From: Candidatus Melainabacteria bacterium 17Bon1m
GTDB lineage: Bacteria; Cyanobacteriota; Vampirovibrionia; Obscuribacterales; Obscuribacteraceae
Assembly: GCA_032128875.1 (NCBI GenBank)
Contig: JAVLKG010000015.1
Location: forward strand, 1 to 64,000
DNA: 64,000 nt
Direction: 5' to 3'
Below the pieces are notes generated by a model that saw only the letters and a list, made by a program, of their open reading frames with translations, searched no databases and was not told where the DNA came from. Every line of letters begins with the position of its first letter. Positions within the stretch are counted from its first letter, which is position 1. A program made the translations under genes and the position numbers. Shown here piece after piece: positions 17,389-26,947 of the stretch.

Positions 17389-19214
17389 TGCGCCTTAAGG
17401 TCAATGTGTTTTCTCGTGGATTGATTCTTGTGTCGTTGCCGATTCTCGGGCAGCTGATTTTCATCGTTGTGATTTCTTCAATGATGCAGCAGGCACAAGC
17501 CAATCTTGAGAAACAGTGGAGGGCGGAAAACCTGTTGAGGTCTGCTTTCTCGCTCTGTCGCGAGTTTACGAATACATTCCTGTATGTTCAATTGCCACCC
17601 TTCTTTCGCAACAAAATCGGGCTGGACGTGAGCACTTCGTCTGTTCTTCGCGCGCGCAAAGATGCCGAGCGTATGCGCGCTCTTGCTTCTGATGACCCGG
17701 AGAAGCAGGACTACGTCAATCGCCTTGTTGAATCCACAACCTACATGTTGGATGTGCTGGAAAAGATGGTTGCCACCGCACAAACAATGCCGATGAGCCC
17801 CTGGGGTTACGGCGCTGCTCCGCAAATTGGACCAGGTATGCGAAGTTATGGAACGGTCTTTTTCAATTCCCTTGAAGGTATCGTCAACATCGAGAAGAGC
17901 AAAGAAGGCGCCAAAAGCGACGAAGGCGCTTATGCCAATGCTCGGGCTGGTTTACTTATATTGTCGGGAGTGAGTATCGCACTTGCCGTTTTTGCAGGTT
18001 TTGTTTTTGCTGTTTCGATCAGGCGACCGCTCAAACATGTCAGTGAAAATGGTCGGCTATTAGCGCAACAGAGCAAGCTTTTGCCGCAGCTAGAGAATGC
18101 CGATCAGTTCTCCAAAATAGACGAATTACTCCATGCTGCGGCGCGCGAAATTGAGACCCTTCGCCTGAAAGAGAAGGAAGTAATTGAGAACGCGCAGGAC
18201 TTAATCTGTACTATCGATTGGGAAGGTACATTCCTATCCGCAAACCCATTTGTTGTGCGGATGCTTGGATATGAACCGGAGTTTGTGATTGGTACTAAGG
18301 TGGAGCGCTACGCCGCTGACGAGCAAAAAATCAGCGCCGCCCAGAACATTCATTCTGCTGTCTCTTCTTTGAGCGTGCAAAACTTCGAATTGCAGCTTTG
18401 TCGGTTTGATGGGGCTGTTGTAGATACGCGCTGGTCTTGTTTATGGTCAAACGCTGAGCGAAAGCTCTTTTGCGTCGTCCGTGACATTACTGAAGAGAAG
18501 CGAGTCGAGCGCTTGAAGCAAGACTTTGCTGACATGATAAGTCACGACCTGCGCAGCCCTCTAATGGCGATGGGGAATGCACTGACGCTTATTACAACCG
18601 GTGTCAAAGGTAGTGTACCGTCCGCTGCCAGACCGCGTATTGAAACATCTGCGAGAAATGTTGAGAAGCTCATTGTTTTGGTCAACGATCTTTTGGATTT
18701 TCAAAAACTCAAGGCAGGTAAAATGGAGCTTGTTTTGGAACCTGTAGTCCTGGAAGCGATTATTAGAGATGCCGCTGAACTGGTCTCTGAATCAGCGACC
18801 GGCAAGAATGTACAACTTGATTTGCCGACCGGTGAAACTGTTATCGAGTGTGATCGAAACAAACTCATGCAGACAGCGGTGAACCTAATTTCCAACGCGA
18901 TTAAATTCAGCGGTGAAGCTGGGATGGTTCGGGTCGTCATCCAGAAGAAGCAGAATACAGTTGAGTTCTCGGTCTGTGATACTGGGCCTGGAATTCAATC
19001 GGAGTTTTTGGAAAAGATTTTTGAACCTTTTGAGCAAGCTCCTTCCGAGAAAAAGAAGGAGGGAACCGGTTTGGGCCTGGCGATTTGCAAGCTCGTGGTT
19101 GAAGCGCATGGTGGAAGTATTTCAGCAAGAAACCGTCAAGAAGAGCCAACTATCGACAATCCGCAATGGAAGACAGGTGCTATTTTCACCGTTGTTTTGC
19201 CATTGGAGCGTTAG
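17388..19214 (+). CDS. Sensor histidine kinase, type B' (paralog of 13652-15571)
   Basis: SHDLRSPLMAMGN and EGTGLGLAICKLVVEAHGG; TAGTG overlap with a GTG start. Confidence 0.95.
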   Translation: MRLKVNVFSRGLILVSLPILGQLIFIVVISSMMQQAQANLEKQWRAENLLRSAFSLCREFTNTFLYVQLPPFFRNKIGLDVSTSSVLRARKDAERMRALASDDPEKQDYVNRLVESTTYMLDVLEKMVATAQTMPMSPWGYGAAPQIGPGMRSYGTVFFNSLEGIVNIEKSKEGAKSDEGAYANARAGLLILSGVSIALAVFAGFVFAVSIRRPLKHVSENGRLLAQQSKLLPQLENADQFSKIDELLHAAAREIETLRLKEKEVIENAQDLICTIDWEGTFLSANPFVVRMLGYEPEFVIGTKVERYAADEQKISAAQNIHSAVSSLSVQNFELQLCRFDGAVVDTRWSCLWSNAERKLFCVVRDITEEKRVERLKQDFADMISHDLRSPLMAMGNALTLITTGVKGSVPSAARPRIETSARNVEKLIVLVNDLLDFQKLKAGKMELVLEPVVLEAIIRDAAELVSESATGKNVQLDLPTGETVIECDRNKLMQTAVNLISNAIKFSGEAGMVRVVIQKKQNTVEFSVCDTGPGIQSEFLEKIFEPFEQAPSEKKKEGTGLGLAICKLVVEAHGGSISARNRQEEPTIDNPQWKTGAIFTVVLPLER

Positions 19215-19959
19215 TGAAGAAATGTTCGCCAATGTCTCGGAGCCGCCATCTTCACGGTCGATTCACTCTTTGCGTATTAGAGTAGCGATCACTCTTAGAG
19301 TGAATGGTCTCTCTAAGTCTTCTCGACCTCTCCCAAAAACTGCCAACTCGGTTGCTGCCACAACCGATGCATAATGCCGATCTTCTTGAGTATTTGCTCG
19401 AGTAGGTCGGCTTTTGTGTCACCGTATATAGTGGCGCTCCTCGCGTGATTCGCGTGAGTGTGGGAGCTGCGAGAGTCTCTAATGTAGCTGTTCTTTGTTT
19501 GGATCGCGCGCTAACCTTGCTAGCCCTTTATGTCGTGAGTACTGACTATCTGGTGAGGTGTAAAAGCCGATCACCTTGACCGAGCGCTTTGCTAAATGGC
19601 AATGTTTAGTATCTTTCTTTTCCCCATTCGGTACACGCGACCTCTCTTTCTAAAACACTTAGCCTTCTCGATTCGAGGCGATGTCTTTCAGCACTTCGGT
19701 GTTGCGCGCGTACATGAGGTTTAAAAGAAAGCTTCGCACGGCTTCGTTACACCTTTTCGCCGTGCGAAATAAGTATCACGAGACCCTCTGAAATTGCCGA
19801 TGCGCAGATGGCAACCTTGTTAGCGGATCGCGAGTTCTTTGTAGGGTCGATGCCTTGCATCGCCCTCGACGCAAGGCGTCGACCATACAGAAGGCTTGAG
19901 GACCCGCTTACTAGATTACCGGAAACATCGGCATTTTCATCTTCACAAAGGAGACGAAA

Positions 19960-20661
19960 ATGCGAATGGAATATGTTCTTATCGCGCTGTTGTTTGTCGC
20001 TGCTCTGTTCGGTTCGCGCCGAGTGAAGCCTGTCGAAACGCCGGAAGAAGTCGCTCTTCGGAAGCAACAGGCGAAGGAAGCCGAAGACAACAGGTTCTTC
20101 CGAAACCACTTCGTCGAAAGCTTTTATAGCATTCTGACGGGCATGATCCGGTACCAGGGTCACGCGCGCACTGATGCGTACTGTGCAGGCATCAATCGTG
20201 GCTTTTCCGAGAATCTCATTCGATTCATCGAAGAGCGGCTTGCCAACGATACGGAAGGCGATCTTACGCTCAGTTCAGACATGAAGCTGAAGCGCAGCTT
20301 TGAGGCGCTGGAAAACCAAGAATTGGATTTCATCAGGTTTCAGCAAAGAGTGCATGCCAATGTGGAGATGTTGCGCGATTACATCTTCAATTTGCAGAAG
20401 CTTGCAGAAGGGCTGACAAGCTGGATGGCGGATAAGACGCCTGAGATTCAGAAGGCGGCGACAGGCCTGCTTGAGAGAATCGAGAAGGAAGTAAAGACTC
20501 GGTGGGAAGCTTCGGACAAAATGCTTTCCGACGTTGACGCGGATCCCGTCGGTGATCCAGACGCGGTCGTTACTCCGAAAGTTGCGGAGTTCCGAAACAA
20601 GCTTGTCGAGCTGCGCAGCAAGATTCGCGCAGATCTCGCTGCCAAGGCGAAGTCGAACTAG
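19960..20661 (+). CDS. Membrane-anchored helical hypothetical protein
   Basis: AAGGAG RBS, N-terminal TM segment, coiled-coil-like body. Confidence 0.8.
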   Translation: MRMEYVLIALLFVAALFGSRRVKPVETPEEVALRKQQAKEAEDNRFFRNHFVESFYSILTGMIRYQGHARTDAYCAGINRGFSENLIRFIEERLANDTEGDLTLSSDMKLKRSFEALENQELDFIRFQQRVHANVEMLRDYIFNLQKLAEGLTSWMADKTPEIQKAATGLLERIEKEVKTRWEASDKMLSDVDADPVGDPDAVVTPKVAEFRNKLVELRSKIRADLAAKAKSN

Positions 20662-20693
20662 ATCTCGAACTCGTAATCCGAGGAGAAAGACCA

Positions 20694-20846
20694 ATGGGTC
20701 AGGCGCTTTATTACAATCCGACTGATGGCGGAATTTTGGCAGCTATGATGCTCGTTATGGCTGCTACCATCGTCGCGTCGCTCTTCCTGTTCTTGAAGGC
20801 TTCCTTCCGCTACGTCATTGTGCGTGCACTCTGGTCTTCCGAGTAG
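20694..20846 (+). CDS. 50-aa single-TM small protein (below the ORF-track cutoff)
   Basis: GAGGAG RBS; translates as MGQALYYNPTDGGILAAMMLVMAATIVASLFLFLKASFRYVIVRALWSSE. Confidence 0.65.
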   Translation: MGQALYYNPTDGGILAAMMLVMAATIVASLFLFLKASFRYVIVRALWSSE

Positions 20847-21294
20847 CTCTGAAGTGTGGAGAAGGCGCAGCAAAACTGCGTCTTCTTCCTTTTGTCTGCA
20901 AGCAACGAATTGCAGTAGTAGAACATTTCCAAGCTGAAGGCGTTTATGAAAATGCTTAATAGCCCATTCGCGAGCTTAGCGCAAGTCGCTAGTCTGCGAT
21001 AGGGTGTACATTTCCGTTTAATTGAAACTCCCTGAGATATTCTCTTTTGTTCCATTGAAACTGAAGACTCTTATGCGTTAGCCATAGATATCCATCTCTA
21101 TTCTCTAACTCGAAAGGAAACAGCTAAAAGCTAAGCCCTGACCGACCCTCAACCAGAAAAGTGAAAGTCATTCCTGGCGCTACAGCGTTTAAGTAGCCGC
21201 CGAAAAGCGTTTTGTGACCGCGTTGTGCATGTGTGTCTCATGTGCAGACTGCGGTCTTCTCAGTTTCACAAACCCAAAAACAAAAAGAACAAAC

Positions 21295-21960
21295 ATGAAA
21301 TCGAAACTGTTCAGCTTCGCTCTGGCTTGCGTTGCCGTTGCGACTCTCCTCATCGTGAGCACCACCTCGGCGCACGCCGACTACCCCTACCGTGGGCAGG
21401 TCCAACACGGCAACCACGTCCATCACGGCAACCACGTCCACTATGGACCGAACTACCGTGGGGGCGGCATCAACTTCGGCAGCGGCGTCGGCCTGTCGTT
21501 TGGTCGCGGCGGCGTAGGGCTTAGCATCGGAGGTGGATACGCACCTTCGCGGTTCTACTTCCAGCCGAATCTCTACGGTCCGAACTACGGCCAGAACTAT
21601 CGGAATTACCGTCCGACTTACGTGCCGAATTTCGCCACTCCCTATGTGGTGCCGCGATACAGCAACGGTTCCTATCGCCAGTTTTACATCGACCCGAGTA
21701 ATTACCAGAACAACTCCGTTCCGTACTCGTATCCCACGCCTAACGGCAACGGTGTCGACCGGTACGAGTTTCTCCGGTTTCAGCAAGAAACGCGCCAGCA
21801 ATTGCAGCAGTTGAGCGATCAGCAGCGCCGTTCGGACGCCGAACAGCAACAGCTCGAACGCGGGCAGCAGCAGTTACAGCTCAATCAACAACGGCTCCAG
21901 CGTGGACAGAACGACCTGGAGCGCGAGATGCAGGACATTCAAAATCTGCTGCGTAAGTAG
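21295..21960 (+). CDS. Secreted low-complexity protein (Gly/Tyr/Asn-rich, Gln-rich coiled-coil tail)
   Basis: Signal peptide ending AHA, HGNHVH twice, codon bias. Confidence 0.8.
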   Translation: MKSKLFSFALACVAVATLLIVSTTSAHADYPYRGQVQHGNHVHHGNHVHYGPNYRGGGINFGSGVGLSFGRGGVGLSIGGGYAPSRFYFQPNLYGPNYGQNYRNYRPTYVPNFATPYVVPRYSNGSYRQFYIDPSNYQNNSVPYSYPTPNGNGVDRYEFLRFQQETRQQLQQLSDQQRRSDAEQQQLERGQQQLQLNQQRLQRGQNDLEREMQDIQNLLRK

Positions 21961-22109
21961 CAGGTGTGCTGTCGCTGCCGTCAATTGCTTCCTCTGGCAA
22001 GCGTGTATCGAGTATGGTTGTACCGAGCAGGCTTGCAACGGATGTGTATGTGTCCCGTCATTTTGCCTCCCGGCGTCTAAAAACGCCATTGCATTCAGAA
22101 AGTCTCACT

Positions 22110-22379
22110 ATGTCAACGTCGAAGCGAAATCCTGTTGTTGGTCGCCTTGATACCGCAAGTGGTGGCAAGGACCACGAGCTGCAATTCTACATCGAGGCAA
22201 ATCAGGGTGGTTATGCGTTCGTGATTCGCTCGCAGCATCGTCCGGGAGGCATTCTCGGCCGGCGCTGCACGCTCGACAGCGGGCCGACCAGTCCTGACTA
22301 CGATGAGGTCTATGCTGCTGGATGTGCTGCGTTCGAGAAGGCGAAAACGCCCGTGACTTCTCCAAAGTCTCCTCTGTGA
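22110..22379 (+). CDS. Small hypothetical protein
   Basis: ORF from ATG 22110 with plausible codon usage. Confidence 0.55.
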   Translation: MSTSKRNPVVGRLDTASGGKDHELQFYIEANQGGYAFVIRSQHRPGGILGRRCTLDSGPTSPDYDEVYAAGCAAFEKAKTPVTSPKSPL

Positions 22380-22598
22380 TTACTGAGTAGTTGCAACACG
22401 CCTGTCCTCGCTGAGTGGCGCCAGTCGCGCGGATAGAGTGGGAAGTGAAGTAGCCATGGAAGGCTCTTCGCTTCCTGCTTTTACTTTTTAGCAAATTTCT
22501 AACGACTGCATATAATAAGAAATTTGAAAATGCGAAGGAGAGCGAGCGGACTTCTTGAACGCTCTCCTCGTGTTGAAAATCGGGTACGCTGTCGACCC

Positions 22599-22982
22599 TT
22601 ACTTGGGCATTGCAATCAGGATCGCCAACGGCGTACAAAGACCGCCGACAGCAAGAAGAGAGTAGGCAAGTAAGGGTTTTCGTTTCTCCTCGAAAAGAGC
22701 CATTGCCCAGAAGAGACTGAAGCATCCGACATTCCACAAGCACGTGCCTTTCTTGCCGAACAATATAGCCAGTGATGCTAGAAGGAAGGGTGCAAACAGA
22801 ATCCAAAGCGCGCAAAAGGTTTGCCCAATCGCTGCACTGGCCGGATGCATTCCTTGCGCTGGTGGCTCGGATATCCCCTGCTTCCAGCAAACAATTGCTA
22901 GCGCAAAATAGACATACGCAAGCGGTCCATATGCCAGAGCCGTCAACAACAAATCGAACACTGAAAAGTTGATTTCAAACAT
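22599..22982 (-). CDS. Small multi-pass membrane protein
   Basis: 127 aa with about four hydrophobic segments. Confidence 0.6.
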   Translation of the reverse strand: MFEINFSVFDLLLTALAYGPLAYVYFALAIVCWKQGISEPPAQGMHPASAAIGQTFCALWILFAPFLLASLAILFGKKGTCLWNVGCFSLFWAMALFEEKRKPLLAYSLLAVGGLCTPLAILIAMPK

Positions 22983-23336
22983 AGTTGTCTGCTTGATTGG
23001 ATTTATCGCTTCCCACTACACCTGTCACTCCAACAATGCACGCCTTCCAAACAACAACGCTCCAATCAACAACCTGGAGTTGCTGGCTGAATGCTGTTTT
23101 TTGTGCGACGCAGGGTTTTAGAACTACTGCTTTTCTAAGTGTTGCGGAAGAGATATGTCCTTAGCCTAGAAACTCGTGAGCTCTATTGAAACTCTTTCAG
23201 ACGCCGATTTTGCACAATAGACACGCCCAATGACCTTGTTTTCCAAAGTCGCCTGGCGTGTCTATGAGTGGATTGGTTTATGTCGGCACAACTGGTTGAT
23301 GCTTTTAAGTTGCGCCGGCTGAGCTCAAGATCTGTT

Positions 23337-23669
23337 CTAGTTTGTCTTTTTCACTTCTTCCAAGGCATCTTTCTTCGCGTCTGCCTTGTCCTCAATGGCT
23401 TCTTTTGTTGCTTCCGCTGAAGTTTCTACCTGCTTCTTGGTCAAATCTGCTTTCTCTTCGACCAGCTCTTTGGTGCGATCAGCATTTTCTTCGACCTGAT
23501 CTTTGGTACGCTCTGCAGCTTTATCAACGCTGTCCTTTTGAGCGTCTGCGGTCTTTTCGATTTGCTTTTGCTCTTCGGAAATTTGCTTATCTGCTTCACT
23601 GCTGCAACCGGTCATAACGCCGACTGTCAGAAGGGCCATAAGCGCAAAACTCAAATCTTTTCTATTCAT
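23337..23669 (-). CDS. Lipoprotein with 11-aa amphipathic repeats
   Basis: Lipobox-like VMTGC, six 11-mers, GAGG RBS. Confidence 0.85.
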   Translation of the reverse strand: MNRKDLSFALMALLTVGVMTGCSSEADKQISEEQKQIEKTADAQKDSVDKAAERTKDQVEENADRTKELVEEKADLTKKQVETSAEATKEAIEDKADAKKDALEEVKKTN

Positions 23670-23909
23670 AAAAACAAAAACCTCTGTGGTAACTCAGCTG
23701 GGTGACTAAGCGTACCGCGATTAGTTCCCATGTTTTTGCACCTGACAAGTGGAAAATTTTCATTCCCGAAAAGTTTATATTAAAACATATAGTATAAAGG
23801 GCAGCTTTTTTTACGGGCAAGGAAGCCGGCTGATGCCAACCTCCTTGCCTTGTTCGTCAGTTATAACTCTTGCTGCTCACTGCGAAGCTCGAGATCGACC
23901 TTGGAAGCG

Positions 23910-24311
23910 CTACCTATTTCCGCAGCGCTTCCAATTTTCCTGGACGTCATTGTTGAATCTCTCGCCGCGGGCATCCCACTCTTGTTCACCGAGCTGAAGC
24001 ATGTCCAGAACGTATTGCGTTTCGAGCTCCAACGCGCGGGGCGTTGTACATGCGCGGAAGTCTTCATCTTCCTTGCTTTCGGCTGGGTTCGCTGCATCAT
24101 AGCTCTCGGTATCTGCTTTCCGATAAGCGTAGATGCAATCGCGCTGAGAAGGTCCGGCGGGGCAGGATTGCTGCGTCACAGCCAGTTGCTCGCGAACCAA
24201 CGCATTCTTATCTTCGGCTGCCCGGCTTGGCTGGCTCGATAATAGGCAGAATGAAAGCACGACCGTGAAGATGAGTCCCAAGCCAATGTTGTAGAACTTG
24301 ACGGTGCTCAT
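23910..24311 (-). CDS. Secreted Cys-containing hypothetical protein
   Basis: GGAGG RBS, signal peptide, four Cys in the mature region. Confidence 0.7.
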   Translation of the reverse strand: MSTVKFYNIGLGLIFTVVLSFCLLSSQPSRAAEDKNALVREQLAVTQQSCPAGPSQRDCIYAYRKADTESYDAANPAESKEDEDFRACTTPRALELETQYVLDMLQLGEQEWDARGERFNNDVQENWKRCGNR

Positions 24312-24387
24312 GTGAACCTCCTGGATGTGAGTTTCAGGAATGCTTGGTCGACGACGTTACCCTTAAGCAACCGAGCTCGAATCTAGC

Positions 24388-25314
24388 TCAGGTGTAGGGA
24401 TTTTTGCAGACCCCGGTGCGGCAGTAGAAAACCGCTCCAAGCTTAGAGATTGCGTGGTAGCTTTCGTCTTTCATGGTCGCCATATCGGCAGCAGCTGACA
24501 AAAGCAGAAGGACGAGCTCTTTGACTTTGCCGCCGAATCGTTGGCTCGGATTGTCGCGCCACTTTTTGACTTGCGAGCGGGCTCGCAGAAAAGTCGCTTC
24601 GTTCGTTATGATGCGTTGCCGAAGGTCTTCCGGCAACGGTGCATCTTTGATTTTGCGACGCAGTGGAGTCAGAATTTCGAGCGCGCGCTCCAACTGCAAA
24701 ACCAGCTGACTCAGAACGTACTGACGAGCTTGATAGGCGGTTTGCGGCAGATCGAAATCGCCAAGGTAACCCTCAAACGCTTCGATCATAGCTGCTTGTT
24801 CTTTGATGAAGCGCTCGAGCCGATCTTCAATCTTTCCGCGGTGCGAGAGGCGGAAGACGCCCCGGACGCGTTCTGAAGCTCTCGTCAAGTGTTCTTTGGC
24901 GCCAGAGAGTTCGCGGATTGTAGACCTCAGACTGTTAACCTCAACGCCGCTAACTTGCATGTTGCGCACAATGCCCCACATCTCGTCGTCGAGAATGACG
25001 TCGTGACGTGCGACATCATTCAAAGCTGCGATGACATTGCAGGTCTGCTCTGCCTGGGCCTCGATGCTACTTTCAATACCGTGAAACTTATTGGCGGCAT
25101 ACCAGACATTGGACAGAGCTTTCACTTCCGGCTTGTCGCCAATGAATTCCCCAGCTTCAGTGACAAACTTTCCATCGAGAAACATGCCCCAGGAATCTTG
25201 GTTTCCGGGCTGTGCGCCTCGATCAACTGTAATCGTATGCTCGAAACGATGAATGTCGCGCAGCCACCACAGTGGTTCGTGCTGGGTTTGCTGTTGTTTT
25301 GCATCTGTGCTCAT
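24388..25314 (-). CDS. Hypothetical helical protein
   Basis: 308-aa ORF with GGAG RBS; no motif recognised. Confidence 0.75.
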   Translation of the reverse strand: MSTDAKQQQTQHEPLWWLRDIHRFEHTITVDRGAQPGNQDSWGMFLDGKFVTEAGEFIGDKPEVKALSNVWYAANKFHGIESSIEAQAEQTCNVIAALNDVARHDVILDDEMWGIVRNMQVSGVEVNSLRSTIRELSGAKEHLTRASERVRGVFRLSHRGKIEDRLERFIKEQAAMIEAFEGYLGDFDLPQTAYQARQYVLSQLVLQLERALEILTPLRRKIKDAPLPEDLRQRIITNEATFLRARSQVKKWRDNPSQRFGGKVKELVLLLLSAAADMATMKDESYHAISKLGAVFYCRTGVCKNPYT

Positions 25315-25461
25315 TTCGTTGCTCCAATTTCTTGTTGTGCATAAAGCCGCAAACTAAAGTTGGTAAGAAGTCAGTTTCCTAACGCCTTACCATCTCCAGC
25401 TTGCGGGCAAGCGAGTGCCACGCCGAAGCGCAGCACTCGCCGTTGCATCATTGCGTTCTAT

Positions 25462-26187
25462 TTATTTTGCGAGCAGTCCTTTCGCCTTCTTGACTGAAAG
25501 GAGTGTCTCGACTTCTTGATCGCCGAAGTGTTTCTCGTAACCCGCACCGGGGCATTCGAGCGCCCACTGGTAGAAAGATGCCATGCGAGCGGGATCGCTC
25601 ACAAGCGGTTTTTCCTGGCGCACGGCGTCGAGGTTTTCGACAATTTCCGCCGCCATTTTCTTGTACAGCTTTTCGATGGTCTTGCCGAGCGCGCCGGGAG
25701 TTTTCGCTCCCTGGTACTCAGCCATACCATGAAGTTTCACCACCTTCGTGCGCGGCCAATGAGTGGCCATCAGGTTCCAGGGATCCTGTTCCTGATTGCC
25801 TTCACCAGCAGCGCGGAAGTCGGTGCGAAGAATGACGCTCGGGATGTCGATCATCTTCGCATAAATGAATTCGACCACCGTGCCGGCGTCGAGATTCGAT
25901 CCATCGAAGTTGAAGATCGCCAGATCACACGTCATCACATGCTTCAGGTCGACGTTGCGAATGTCGACCGTGCGGTGCACGGGCTCTTCGAGATCCTGCG
26001 GGAGGACGCACACATAGCGCCCGCGAGAGACCGATTTGATGTACTTGGCCAGAAGGGCGTTTCCGATCAGGTCTTTGTGCGTCCAGAGGTCGCCAGCGAG
26101 ATAAATCGTGTAGGGACGATTACCACGCGTGCGGTTCTTGTGGGCGGCATTGGTCGAGGTCACGGTCGTGTTGTTGAGCTTGGTCAT
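25462..26187 (-). CDS. Nucleoside 2-deoxyribosyltransferase family protein
   Basis: Motifs IYLAG, LPQD, DLAIFNFDG, DAGTVVE, LRTDFR and WNLM. Confidence 0.85.
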   Translation of the reverse strand: MTKLNNTTVTSTNAAHKNRTRGNRPYTIYLAGDLWTHKDLIGNALLAKYIKSVSRGRYVCVLPQDLEEPVHRTVDIRNVDLKHVMTCDLAIFNFDGSNLDAGTVVEFIYAKMIDIPSVILRTDFRAAGEGNQEQDPWNLMATHWPRTKVVKLHGMAEYQGAKTPGALGKTIEKLYKKMAAEIVENLDAVRQEKPLVSDPARMASFYQWALECPGAGYEKHFGDQEVETLLSVKKAKGLLAK

Positions 26188-26947
26188 TAGGACACCTTTT
26201 GCTGTTTGCGCAGGGTTCCCAGATGGCCAAACAAGACCGGACAATGCCGACGGCTCTGTGAAGAACAACAGAGTTTTCATCGCAAATAGCCTTGTTTTGG
26301 CAGCAGGATCATCCCTGTGCCGTCACGCTATTTGCGCCAGGTATCCGTCATCGAGCGAGAGGTCTCGGTCGTGCAGCCCTGACTCAATCAAACGTTTGCC
26401 GCGCCTGCTTCCATACCGGCCGTCGAAGCCTTCCACCACCGGTGGTAAGGGGAATGCTTCGAGAGTGGAAGTCGGATTGGAAGTCGAGGATTGTTTGTGT
26501 GAAACTACATGGCGAACGGTTGATGCCATAAACTACAGTTTTGTTGATGGTAAATCCATCAAAACGTGCTCCTTTAGATAAATTCCTTAGATGTTGCCTG
26601 GCGCAGCTTGCGCCACCGTATATGGTGGCGCAACGCAAGACGCCCGATACGAAGTGTATCGAGCAGCAAGAAATTTTTGAGGTCGGAAAGGAATTAGATG
26701 CAAGGGACAATAATCGGGTGGGCGTAAACTTAGCGTGAACGCAGCAAGCGCGTTAGGAGTATTGAAACGGCTTGTTAACACTAGCGCTCATTACTGAATA
26801 CCATATGAGGTAATAGAAGCGATTTTGAAAGAGAAACGCGAGCATGCCCCAAACGTCGTTGAAATATTTAGATGACCTCCCTGTTCCGAGTCTCACAACC
26901 CGGGCAGTTTGTAGTTACCAAGCCGCAAACCCCACAAGGAGGTCATC

